DNA of 64,000 nt from Candidatus Hodarchaeota archaeon (GTDB lineage Archaea; Asgardarchaeota; Lokiarchaeia; Sigyniarchaeales; SOKP01). Location of the stretch: NCBI GenBank assembly GCA_048887225.1, contig JBHLJY010000003.1, positions 160,001 through 224,000 of the forward strand, in the 5' to 3' direction. The position numbers were made by a program, and so were the translations under genes. This document shows positions 10,411 to 19,558 of this stretch, piece after piece. Within the stretch, counting starts at the first letter, position 1. Each line of letters opens with the position of its first letter. The notes under the pieces were generated by a model. That model made no database searches and was not told the DNA's origin. It saw only the letters and a list, made by a program, of their open reading frames with translations.

Positions 10411-12912
10411 TTATAGTTTGTTCCACGGCTTACCGAAATGTAAAAATGAACTAATTGCGATACCACTTTTACATTGTTGCCTAGCTCTAAGAAGTGAAGT
10501 TCCTTGGCTTTCATTATTAAATAAACTAAGGTAAAAATTCGCTATAATACTTTGAGTATCTTCATTAAAAAATGGATATGTCCTAGTTATTATACCTATA
10601 ATACGATTATAGTCAAATTGCCTAATGATCTCACCAAAAATTTCTAAGACATTATTTAGTTTTTCTCCTTCAACGTTAAAAACCTGCGCATTAAAAAACA
10701 AAAATGGATGCGAATTAGATTTATTTTTATCTATAGCCTTCTTTATTTCATTAAAGGTTATTAGAGTGTTATCATTCGTAAGAATATAACTATCTTTGGG
10801 ACTCATTCTGGAATAAAAAATATTTCCAACAAAATGAATAATATGAAAAGCCCCTTCTGAAATATTTGATAATATTTTTTCGCGAGTGGAATGTATTCCA
10901 GATAGAATAGTAAATTGATTAACATTTTCCGTTGTATTAAAAAAATCTGTAATGTGATTTAATTCATCGTGAGCATCAGGGAACGGAAAGATTAAAGTTT
11001 TATTTTTGTACTCCTCATTCCATTTTAAAGGCCCTTTTGCATTTGTAGCTTCAATTAATAAAACATTAAATAAGGTCTTAGTTGGGATTGTAATGGATTC
11101 CTCTTGAGCTAATTGTCCAAATTGAATACCAGCAAGAGGAGGTTCGCCGATTTTATAGCCACTTGAATATTTTAACATGAAAAATTTATCGTCATCATAC
11201 AAGAAACCAAAAGGTATTGTCATTTTATCTAAAATAAAATAAATATGAGGTATAAAATCTAACTTTTTAACTTTTAATTGCTTGAAAAAATCTCTCAATA
11301 AGTTTGGTAAGAATATATATAACAGCTTTCCAAATTCTATTATATTAAATTGATATCTCTTTTCTTTTCTTCCTGAAAAAATGTCATTAAAAATTTCCAT
11401 TATTTGATGATCGTTCCATAATTCATCAGTTATTTTTCCCTCAACTATTGCATAATCCTTAGATATCATACGAAAAGAAATCAGACCTTCTGAATTAATC
11501 CGTATTATTGCTTGATTCAAAATAAAATCAGGATTAATCGATGTTAAATCTTCTTCAAACGAATATATTTGATTTTTAATTGATTCACACTTATTGTATA
11601 AAGAATTTAAGTCAGTTAATTTTTCTCTAATATTTTCATCTAAATATGGGATTATTTTTTGTGCGAGATTAAAATCTTTTTCTTCGTATAAAGCGCGATA
11701 GAACATCATTCTCCAAAAATCAGCGGTTTCTAACGTGAAAAATTTGCTTTTAAATTGCCAGAGATAATTACAAGTATAGAAATAATGATAAATTTGAACC
11801 GGAGTTTGAGGTGTTTTTAAATGATTGCTTAATTTTTCCATAGATAAAAGCAAATATTTTCTTTCTTTAATATCAACAAACTTTTTACAAGCTTCAACCC
11901 ATAACTCAATTAAAGAAACGTCGTACCCTAAATCTGTTTTATCCATAAAAATATCTTCCAAAAAATCATATATTTCATAAGCAATTAAAAACCGATTTCT
12001 ATTTATAGAAAAATCAACAAATTTACGGATATAACTTAGGGCAACTTCAATAGTTTGAAATTCTTTTAATTTAGTAAAAGCATATCTTATTATTATAATA
12101 ATCCATGTAAATTCTCCAATGTTATTTAAATAATAAATTAATTCCTCCAAATCAGATAGAATTACACTAAAATTCTGCTCATTTACTGAAATTTCTCTCA
12201 TATTGGAGAAATCTTCTTTTAAATAATTTGGTAAGCGTTTTGCTATAATTTTATTAATAATTTGAACGAAATCTAGAGATTCCTTTGGTGAACCTTCAAT
12301 GAGGTGATATTTTATATTAACATTTTCCATAAAAACAAATAGTAATAACGCTTTTGTGCTCGGTTCCAGGTTATAAAGAATTTCTCCTAAAATTTTTAAG
12401 CTAAAACGGAATAAATCTGATGAAAATATTCTTTTTCTTAAATATGCTAATAAGAATTGTAATTCGATAAGTTTGAGATAATCTCCCCTTTCTTTAACCT
12501 TAAGTGAGAATGAATTTATAAATTTAGTTATTCCTTCAATAGATAATTCATCTACTTTTATGAAACTTTTTAAAAGAATCATCCAAAAATTATTAAATAA
12601 ATCAAATTCATCTAAATTGGAAAGAAAGGAAAAAAAACGTTTGTAAGCGTCAATATATCTGATTTTGTCAATTTTATCTTTTTGACTTTTCAAAGAATTT
12701 AAATAAATCCACCATGAATTTGCAATAATCATTATTAATTGACGCTTTTTTTGAGGAGCTAACCATTCTGTTTTTTCAATTTCAAAATATAAATTAGAAA
12801 ATAATCTACTTGCCCATTGATGATTAGCTGAATTAAGTAATTGCCTTCCTTGAAGTATTCCTTTTTGAAAATTCATTAAGAATTGATTTTTAATATCAGG
12901 ACTAATTGTCAT
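10411..12912 (-). CDS. Alpha-helical (TPR-like) protein with C-terminal CHAT (caspase/HetF) domain lacking the catalytic dyad
   Basis: FHIIHFVGN (cf. HFAGHG), FLFFNAQ (cf. LNAC), FYLSL...SLLRARQ, FLHFGKP (cf. FVLYGDP). Confidence 0.75.
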   Translation of the reverse strand: MTISPDIKNQFLMNFQKGILQGRQLLNSANHQWASRLFSNLYFEIEKTEWLAPQKKRQLIMIIANSWWIYLNSLKSQKDKIDKIRYIDAYKRFFSFLSNLDEFDLFNNFWMILLKSFIKVDELSIEGITKFINSFSLKVKERGDYLKLIELQFLLAYLRKRIFSSDLFRFSLKILGEILYNLEPSTKALLLFVFMENVNIKYHLIEGSPKESLDFVQIINKIIAKRLPNYLKEDFSNMREISVNEQNFSVILSDLEELIYYLNNIGEFTWIIIIIRYAFTKLKEFQTIEVALSYIRKFVDFSINRNRFLIAYEIYDFLEDIFMDKTDLGYDVSLIELWVEACKKFVDIKERKYLLLSMEKLSNHLKTPQTPVQIYHYFYTCNYLWQFKSKFFTLETADFWRMMFYRALYEEKDFNLAQKIIPYLDENIREKLTDLNSLYNKCESIKNQIYSFEEDLTSINPDFILNQAIIRINSEGLISFRMISKDYAIVEGKITDELWNDHQIMEIFNDIFSGRKEKRYQFNIIEFGKLLYIFLPNLLRDFFKQLKVKKLDFIPHIYFILDKMTIPFGFLYDDDKFFMLKYSSGYKIGEPPLAGIQFGQLAQEESITIPTKTLFNVLLIEATNAKGPLKWNEEYKNKTLIFPFPDAHDELNHITDFFNTTENVNQFTILSGIHSTREKILSNISEGAFHIIHFVGNIFYSRMSPKDSYILTNDNTLITFNEIKKAIDKNKSNSHPFLFFNAQVFNVEGEKLNNVLEIFGEIIRQFDYNRIIGIITRTYPFFNEDTQSIIANFYLSLFNNESQGTSLLRARQQCKSGIAISSFLHFGKPWNKL

Positions 12913-12938
12913 TAAGATTAATTACCCATTTTTTATGA

Positions 12939-14087
12939 TTACCCTTTATATTCTGGATTTGGTTTCCACCCTTCTTGTAACTGTTTTTTTGAGTATAATA
13001 TTGATGCCCCAATCCACGACATATTTTCACGACCAGAAACTGCAAACACATTAATTTTATCTCTTATTTTTTCGGAAAAATACTTAGTTAATTCAAGCTT
13101 CAATCTCTCCTTTAATCCAGGAATTAAACTACCTCCCCCCGCAAGAATAATATTAGGAAGTAATTCTTCCCAATTCTCTCGATCCCAGGATTTGATAACT
13201 TTAACTATTGCTTCATCTAATCCAAAATAATCTATATGAATTAATCCTGGATTAAATAAAGGTTCAGATAACATGAATCGCTCCTCGTTTATTTTTAAGC
13301 TGGATCCATCGGGAAAATTAACTTTTTGGTCGTAATTAGTAAGTCCATCTCTTATGCTATTGCTTTCACCTTCAGCATCTAATACACATAGTGAATATTT
13401 ATCTTTAATTTCTTTTGCAAGCCATTTATCAAGATAAAAATTCTCTTCTGACCCCTTTCTAGTTAATATCATATTAAGGAAATAATTTGTCAAATCCTTC
13501 CCTGCTATAGGAAAGATATCTCGTGCCATAATATTTGTGAATCCGTGAAAAATCGTGGAAAAATAAGTATTGGATTCTCCCATATTAACTACAACTCCGG
13601 TGGTTTTCTTTAAAGTTTGTAAAATAGCTTGACTTTCAGATAAAAATAATAAATAAGGGAAGTTTAAGTCTCGAAAAAAAATTTGTTCCAACTTAGTTTT
13701 TTCCAATTCTGTCATAAAAAAAGGAGAAATCACAATTATTGATTGTTTATTTTGATATTCAGATTGGATATTTAATTGTTGATAATAATAATGAAAAAAT
13801 TTTGAAAAAATATTGTAATTATTCTCTTTTTTAAACTCATGAATATTTAATATATTTTGGTATTTTAAGGCATTAAGGCCATATAAGTGCCTTTCAGTAT
13901 TTTCTTCAATAAAAAGTTCAGCAAGTCCATCAACTACATCTGATTCAAATATATAATCTGTAGCATCCACATGAACGCTAGGTACAATAATTTCTGGTGA
14001 ATCATCACCAGCCCAGCCTAAACGAAAAGTACTACTTCCGATGTCTAAAATCAAAGGTCTTAATTGCTTATTATCAGCAGATAACAT
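12939..14087 (-). CDS. Divergent Asgard actin-related protein
   Basis: LILDIGSSTFRLGWAGDDSP, TTGVVVNMG, IAGKDLT, EIKDK, FPDG...EERF..SEPLFNP, NIILAGGGSLIPGLKERL, SWIGASIL. Confidence 0.93.
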   Translation of the reverse strand: MLSADNKQLRPLILDIGSSTFRLGWAGDDSPEIIVPSVHVDATDYIFESDVVDGLAELFIEENTERHLYGLNALKYQNILNIHEFKKENNYNIFSKFFHYYYQQLNIQSEYQNKQSIIVISPFFMTELEKTKLEQIFFRDLNFPYLLFLSESQAILQTLKKTTGVVVNMGESNTYFSTIFHGFTNIMARDIFPIAGKDLTNYFLNMILTRKGSEENFYLDKWLAKEIKDKYSLCVLDAEGESNSIRDGLTNYDQKVNFPDGSSLKINEERFMLSEPLFNPGLIHIDYFGLDEAIVKVIKSWDRENWEELLPNIILAGGGSLIPGLKERLKLELTKYFSEKIRDKINVFAVSGRENMSWIGASILYSKKQLQEGWKPNPEYKG

Positions 14088-14119
14088 ATTAAATGAGATA
14101 TTTGATTAAAATTAATAAT

Positions 14120-14902
14120 TTATAACGAAAAAAGCTCTTTTTCATGAATATATTCGTCTGTCAATCTTTTTAATTGATATTCTTTAACTTGTAATTCAAG
14201 CATCCCTAAAACCTTTTTAAATTCAAGGGACATGGTTTCAATATTTACGCCAGAAACCTTTTCGATTTCATCCCTTTTCGTCTTAAATTGACTTAAATTC
14301 AATTTTATTTTATCGAATAGATTGTTTATTGAAGAAATTAAATCCTCGGTGTTTTTCTTGGTGAATTTTCGCATTTTCCTTAATATAGCTAATATATTGC
14401 TAATACTATTTTCCCATTGATTATATCTTTCGTTATAACCTTTCATAAAATCCTCTAAAAATACTTGTAAATTCTTATAAATATTATATTTAGGTGGTGT
14501 AGTCTCAATAGGTTTTTGAATGGGGGCACTACTTTTAGTTGTTTTTCTTTCAGATATAGGGATATCTTCTATAAGATAATCTTCAACAATTTCGCTTTTT
14601 CTCTCATAAGATAACTGTGGTTCAATTTTTTCTTCTGCTTTTTCTTCACGATGATACCAAGTTTCTTCAGATACTCCTGTTAATAATCCCTGTAAATCTA
14701 TTTGAGCCTCCTTGGCAGAGCTTAAAGCAGAACTCAATGCCGAGTCTAATGATAATTCCGTTTCTGGTATTTCTGCAGCTTTTAAAGTAGCACCCGAAGA
14801 AATTTCTAGTCCTTTTTTCTTGGTCGTTTTTAGAGCATCTTCCAATGAGGTGTCTGTTTTTTTCTTTTTAGACGATTTTTTTTTCTTTTTATTCTTAGCC
14901 AT
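14120..14902 (-). CDS. Hypothetical protein: Lys-rich N-terminus, disordered middle, helical/coiled-coil C-terminus
   Basis: 260-aa ORF ending 32 nt upstream of the actin-related gene. Confidence 0.75.
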   Translation of the reverse strand: MAKNKKKKKSSKKKKTDTSLEDALKTTKKKGLEISSGATLKAAEIPETELSLDSALSSALSSAKEAQIDLQGLLTGVSEETWYHREEKAEEKIEPQLSYERKSEIVEDYLIEDIPISERKTTKSSAPIQKPIETTPPKYNIYKNLQVFLEDFMKGYNERYNQWENSISNILAILRKMRKFTKKNTEDLISSINNLFDKIKLNLSQFKTKRDEIEKVSGVNIETMSLEFKKVLGMLELQVKEYQLKRLTDEYIHEKELFSL

Positions 14903-15025
14903 TAAGAATAAGCCTTTATTATTGTTTAATCTACTAATTTAATATTACAATTAATTTATAAATCTATTTTACAATCAATGTATTTTTAACAAGATTATTT
15001 TATTTATTGAATTGAACAAAATTTC

Positions 15026-15427
15026 TTACTCTAAGGGGATTATCTCTACTTCAAGAGCATCTCCTTCGATTTTTAAAATTTCTTTGAGCTTCTCAAGGTC
15101 CATCTCTTTTGGTCTCGGTCCAATCACAGTCCACATAGCGGTTTTCTCTTTTTCAATAGTTAACGATTCTCCATAAACTAGCGAAATCCCGTGATTTCCA
15201 AAAGTCGTAGCTATTTTTGCCAATGATCCAGCTTCATCCTTCATTAATATTCTAAATTTAAGAGAATCACCTTTAATTCCAACTGGGGTTATTCTGATTT
15301 CTTTTGTATCTGAATCTGCGATCATCATTAACTGTGAGTTCTCAGTCAGTCCTAGACTTTTTCTAATCGTCATTGGAATTACTATTCTTCCTCTATTATC
15401 TATAACCAAAAACTTGACATCCTTCAT
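15026..15427 (-). CDS. AbrB/MazE/SpoVT DNA-binding domain fused to an ACT domain (regulator)
   Basis: IDNRGRIVIPMTIRKSLGL; MKDEAGSLAKIATTFGNHGISL (ACT signature). Confidence 0.85.
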   Translation of the reverse strand: MKDVKFLVIDNRGRIVIPMTIRKSLGLTENSQLMMIADSDTKEIRITPVGIKGDSLKFRILMKDEAGSLAKIATTFGNHGISLVYGESLTIEKEKTAMWTVIGPRPKEMDLEKLKEILKIEGDALEVEIIPLE

Positions 15428-15593
15428 CTTTTTAATTAATTCTTAAAATTTTTTTAATAATTATTAAAGCTATTAAATATATAAATTAATACTTTAAAGG
15501 AGAAAAGAAATTTTATTTTCTTACTATGATATAACGTTAAATGATACTAGTTTGCTAATATAGAAAGACTTGGAATATTTAAAAATAAAATAC

Positions 15594-17768
15594 TTATGTT
15601 TTATGGGCCTTCAACTTCACTGTAAGGTCTCTTGCTCGCTTTGAATACCAGACCAATAAATCTCCAGCGTTTTCGGGCTTAAAATATTCGCCACCGCATA
15701 AAGTTGCAGCACGAGTCATTAATGCGTCATTAGGATTCCCCAACCCAACTATATAAATGACTACATTTAAATTCTCAGAGAATCTCTTTGCTGCTTCAAA
15801 AAACGCATTACCATCAGTAGGTTCACCATCAGTTAACAAAACAATCATGGTTGGCTGATCTGGGGATATTTTTTCAAATTCGTTTAGAATTAATTGAGCT
15901 TGTTCCATAGCATGTCCCATATTGGTGGCCTGTCCATATGAAGAGGCGATTCTATCAACGATCATCTTCGCAGCCTCCTCTAGAATTCCTTTTTTACCAC
16001 TAGCGGAATCCATATAAAATCCACCTCCAAAGGGTAGTACTTGGGCCTCATCAGCAAATCGGATAACAGCAACTTTTTCTCCAAAACCACGACCAACTTT
16101 TTCACTTAGGAATAGAACTGCTGCAAATGCAGCCGAAATTCTTCTTGGGATGTTGATGCCATCCTTGAATTTTTTTAAGAATTCTTGAATTTCACGAGAT
16201 TCCATTGCTGCCTTAATACCCTCAATTGCTGGCGCAATATTAGTTACAAGCACATCACGTGCCATCATGGATCGACTTATGTCAATTATCAAAATAGCAT
16301 TAAAAGGTATCAAACCCAATGGTGATAGGGTTAATGTTGTATTTTTCGTAATTTGAGCTAATATATCACCGGTTAAGTCTGGAACGCAATCAATAATAGA
16401 ACAAGCAATATTAACTGCGTTCCATCTTAATTTAATTCCCTTGAAAATGATATAATTTGAAAGCCAATCCTTTAAAGCTTCTACACTCTGTCTAGCATTG
16501 CTTATAATTTCCCACATATTCTCGCCAGAAATGGGTGAAACCCCTAAAGAAACGCTTTGTAAAGGAATGATTTGTCGTTGATTTTTTGAAATTTTTACTT
16601 CAAAGCTACCAATTCCAGACGCTTCTAAAATTTCACTATCAATAATAATTATATTATCAGGAACTGTTTCTACAACAACAACCTTACCCGCTCCAATTGC
16701 TCCCGTAAGTTCATCTTCGAATGCTAAAACATCATTATTTTGAATTGAAATTGTATGTTGCGTTCTTGGACTTACTTGACAAAAACCATTTAAATTTGGC
16801 TGCGATTGGACTTCTAATATTATTTCAGACGCTTTTTGAATTGGTGGCTCTGTAGAATATATTACGATTTGTTCAGCTTGAATATTCGTATCTTCTAATG
16901 TGTCTTTGCTCATTCTTATCTCAGTATCGCTAATTTGCGCTTGATCTATTCTCGCAGAACCCATAGATCTCGTTAGAGGGTCTTCCCATGCGATCAACAT
17001 ACCTTGTCCAAGGCCTAATTGTTGCAAAACGTTAAGACTTAGTTGTACTCGACCTCCTTCTATGTTATTATCTATAACAGGAGTTTGAATTATCCCTTTT
17101 TTCTGATTTTTTAACATATTTATATCAATCCTATTAGGATAAGGTTCTACTGGAGCTACTGGAGCGATGGTTTCTTGCGTCGGCATTGGTTGAAGTGTTG
17201 ATGGTGGTGGTGGCATTGAAGAAGGAGGGGCCCTTATTTGAGGAGGAGGTTTAAACTGTGGTGTTGGAGTAAATTGTGTGGGTGGGGGTATTTGTTTAGG
17301 TGGTGGTGGGTGTGCGGGCAGAGGTGCTTGTATAGGTTGTGTTGGTTTTATAGGTGGAGGTGTTGGTGCGAGCTGAGATGATGGAGGTGGTTGAGGTACA
17401 GGTGTAAATTGAGGTGCAACACTTGGTTCTGGTGGTTGAAGAGACGGTTGAGAAGTTAAAGCGGATTTTGATGGTACTGTAGGTTCGGCTTCTTGTGAAA
17501 TAGGTGGAGCTGCGGTGCTTGGTCTTATAATAACTTCAATACCTGTAAATTCTATTTCATCAATGATGTTTTTTGAAATCATCCCAGCAAAATCTAATGC
17601 AGAATTAGAAATTTCAGCAAGAGCAATAGTACTTCTGCCATTCTCTGGATTAATAATTTCTACAGACGATCTTGTTGAAATACCAAGTTTTTTAGCATTG
17701 GACGGACTAATAATTGCTTTATTTTTGGTTTCGTCTTTAATATCTACAAAAATCTTTATTTCTGGCAT
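15594..17768 (-). CDS. Cdc48-N-like double-psi-barrel repeats, Pro-rich linker and C-terminal vWA domain
   Basis: Three repeats like AIISPSNAKKLGI..VEI; MIDAS DISRS, ATNM, LLTDGEP; IYIVGLG; GGEYF. Confidence 0.75.
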   Translation of the reverse strand: MPEIKIFVDIKDETKNKAIISPSNAKKLGISTRSSVEIINPENGRSTIALAEISNSALDFAGMISKNIIDEIEFTGIEVIIRPSTAAPPISQEAEPTVPSKSALTSQPSLQPPEPSVAPQFTPVPQPPPSSQLAPTPPPIKPTQPIQAPLPAHPPPPKQIPPPTQFTPTPQFKPPPQIRAPPSSMPPPPSTLQPMPTQETIAPVAPVEPYPNRIDINMLKNQKKGIIQTPVIDNNIEGGRVQLSLNVLQQLGLGQGMLIAWEDPLTRSMGSARIDQAQISDTEIRMSKDTLEDTNIQAEQIVIYSTEPPIQKASEIILEVQSQPNLNGFCQVSPRTQHTISIQNNDVLAFEDELTGAIGAGKVVVVETVPDNIIIIDSEILEASGIGSFEVKISKNQRQIIPLQSVSLGVSPISGENMWEIISNARQSVEALKDWLSNYIIFKGIKLRWNAVNIACSIIDCVPDLTGDILAQITKNTTLTLSPLGLIPFNAILIIDISRSMMARDVLVTNIAPAIEGIKAAMESREIQEFLKKFKDGINIPRRISAAFAAVLFLSEKVGRGFGEKVAVIRFADEAQVLPFGGGFYMDSASGKKGILEEAAKMIVDRIASSYGQATNMGHAMEQAQLILNEFEKISPDQPTMIVLLTDGEPTDGNAFFEAAKRFSENLNVVIYIVGLGNPNDALMTRAATLCGGEYFKPENAGDLLVWYSKRARDLTVKLKAHKT
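17140..17520 (-). repeat. Low-complexity Pro/Gln/Thr-rich coding segment
   Basis: Repeated ggtggt/ggagg tracts on the + strand encoding PPPP, PQF.P.P, PPPQI. Confidence 0.85.
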
Positions 17769-17991
17769 ATTTTTTCAAATTGTATTCTTTTTTAAGGAAT
17801 TATTTAATTACATTAATTTTTTAAGAAATGACAGTAATTAAATTTTGAGATTGTTTTCGTAGATTGAATATATTTTACTTATTCTTCAAATATTTTTAAT
17901 GGTATTTAAAAGTTCAAATGGTTTTTATTTTTTTATAAGCACTTAAAAAAGCTTTTCTAAATGCGAGGAATAAATGATTACTATGATTAGA

Positions 17992-18381
17992 TTAAAGAGC
18001 GGGGTATCTTTTACCTATTTCTCCTGCATAATACCTAAAGACAGTGACAACTTTTCCTAAATCTGCTATCTTTCTTGAAGCGCCCATAAGGAAGAACCGA
18101 CCAGCAGCGCTAAGTATGATAAATGCGTCCTCACCTCTTAATACTACTTCCAACATATTATGATATCCCATTGTATCAACAGCGTCAGAACCACTCTTCA
18201 TAACAACTGCACTTAAACTTGAGAATAAATCAGGTTCAATTTCATAGCTTGGAATACAGCTAAAGGCCAATTGTAAACCTTCTCTAGTCACTAACGCGAG
18301 CGCTTCAAGCTCAGTGTGTTCAGTAATATTCCCTAAAAAATTCGATAAGCTTTTAGCCTCGTCTGGAGTTAAACTAACCAT
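17992..18381 (-). CDS. Roadblock/LC7 (MglB-like) protein
   Basis: LEALALVTREGL, LFSSLSA, EVVLRGEDAFIILSAAG pattern; 129 aa. Confidence 0.85.
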   Translation of the reverse strand: MVSLTPDEAKSLSNFLGNITEHTELEALALVTREGLQLAFSCIPSYEIEPDLFSSLSAVVMKSGSDAVDTMGYHNMLEVVLRGEDAFIILSAAGRFFLMGASRKIADLGKVVTVFRYYAGEIGKRYPAL

Positions 18382-18535
18382 TTTAACTTTTTTTCTAAAT
18401 TTATGTTCTATTTTAAATAATATTATTATGAGTTTTGAACTTAAAAATGTATAGTTCTTAAGGTAGGATATAAATTACAAATTAGAAAAGGATTATTACT
18501 CCACAAATTGAATAAAATAAATAGAGTCTAATTAA

Positions 18536-19405
18536 TTATTTAAACTCTCCAAGCTGCGTTTTAATTTGATCTTTAAGGATTTGCTTTTTATCTTTATATT
18601 CAGTGGCTCCTTTCACTTTTTTTGATGATTCACTTTTTAGAAACTCAATGGCGACAATCTTTCCATGCTCGGAAAGAACTCGTGGAGAATACCCTTCAGC
18701 AAAAAAAATACCCTCAGGGATTGATCCTACTTCTTCAATCTTTTTCTCAGTCTGTTTTTTACCTAAGAAGGTTGTAACTTTTTCGACAACCGAATATGCG
18801 TGATTACCAATTATTATTAATTCTCTTTCATAGCCGTCAGGAATTTTTATTTCTTCTAATTTCTGCATAATTTGATCAAAATCTATTGGCTTTTCCTCTT
18901 GAACATAGCTTTCCATTGATTCTTTACCTGTATATAACGGTCCTATATTAGAAGTCGAAGATTGAATTGTCTTGCTACCCGCTATATTCATACCTTCGGC
19001 AGGGGTAGGTGCTTCAAATGTAGCTTTTTCCCTTAAAGGATGCCCTCCACCTCCACCTGCCGCTTTAGCTGCTTTTTCTTCTTTAATCTCTTTTGCTATA
19101 CCTGCTTCTGTTTTCCCTCCAATGACTTTTAGAAACTCATCCGTTTCTTCTGCTTCGTCAAGGGGCACGACAGCATAATGCATTCCAACTTGTCCTCTAA
19201 TTTCTTGACTCCTTTTTGCACCTATAAATTTTGAACGGACGGATGATTGTATCCCCTTCCACAGAAAAACTTTTCGAAGATCATCCGCTACTATGACGTA
19301 ACACTCATCGGTTTTTAGAAGGTCTTTAACAGCCCCATCTGAGGTTAGTTCTGTGGTTGTACCGTCTGGATTGATTAAAAAAACCTGTAGGCCCAATTTC
19401 CTCAA
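18536..19405 (-). CDS. Single gelsolin-domain protein with C-terminal extra domain (1DGelX-like architecture)
   Basis: LLKTDECYVI...KVFLWKG..SS..KFIGA...DEAEETDEFL matches the gelsolin repeat. Confidence 0.85.
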   Translation of the reverse strand: MRKLGLQVFLINPDGTTTELTSDGAVKDLLKTDECYVIVADDLRKVFLWKGIQSSVRSKFIGAKRSQEIRGQVGMHYAVVPLDEAEETDEFLKVIGGKTEAGIAKEIKEEKAAKAAGGGGGHPLREKATFEAPTPAEGMNIAGSKTIQSSTSNIGPLYTGKESMESYVQEEKPIDFDQIMQKLEEIKIPDGYERELIIIGNHAYSVVEKVTTFLGKKQTEKKIEEVGSIPEGIFFAEGYSPRVLSEHGKIVAIEFLKSESSKKVKGATEYKDKKQILKDQIKTQLGEFK

Positions 19406-19558
19406 CTCTTTGGCTAATTTATTTTATTACAAATTACTTTTTTTATTTATATAATAATAGGTTATTTCTTTATAAAATTTTTAATTATAAGAAATGTATG
19501 TGCTTTCAGATATAATTATTTTTCTATTAAAATCATAAATAAATTTGGGGTAAAATTA

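Noticed and set aside
12939-14087. Calling the actin homologue Lokiactin
   Set aside because: Too divergent at conserved actin motifs; better treated as an actin-related paralogue
15594-19405. Split Sec23/24 interpretation (Pro-rich plus vWA plus nearby gelsolin)
   Set aside because: No Zn finger or Sec23 helical domain; the vWA has an intact MIDAS and is preceded by Cdc48-N-like repeats
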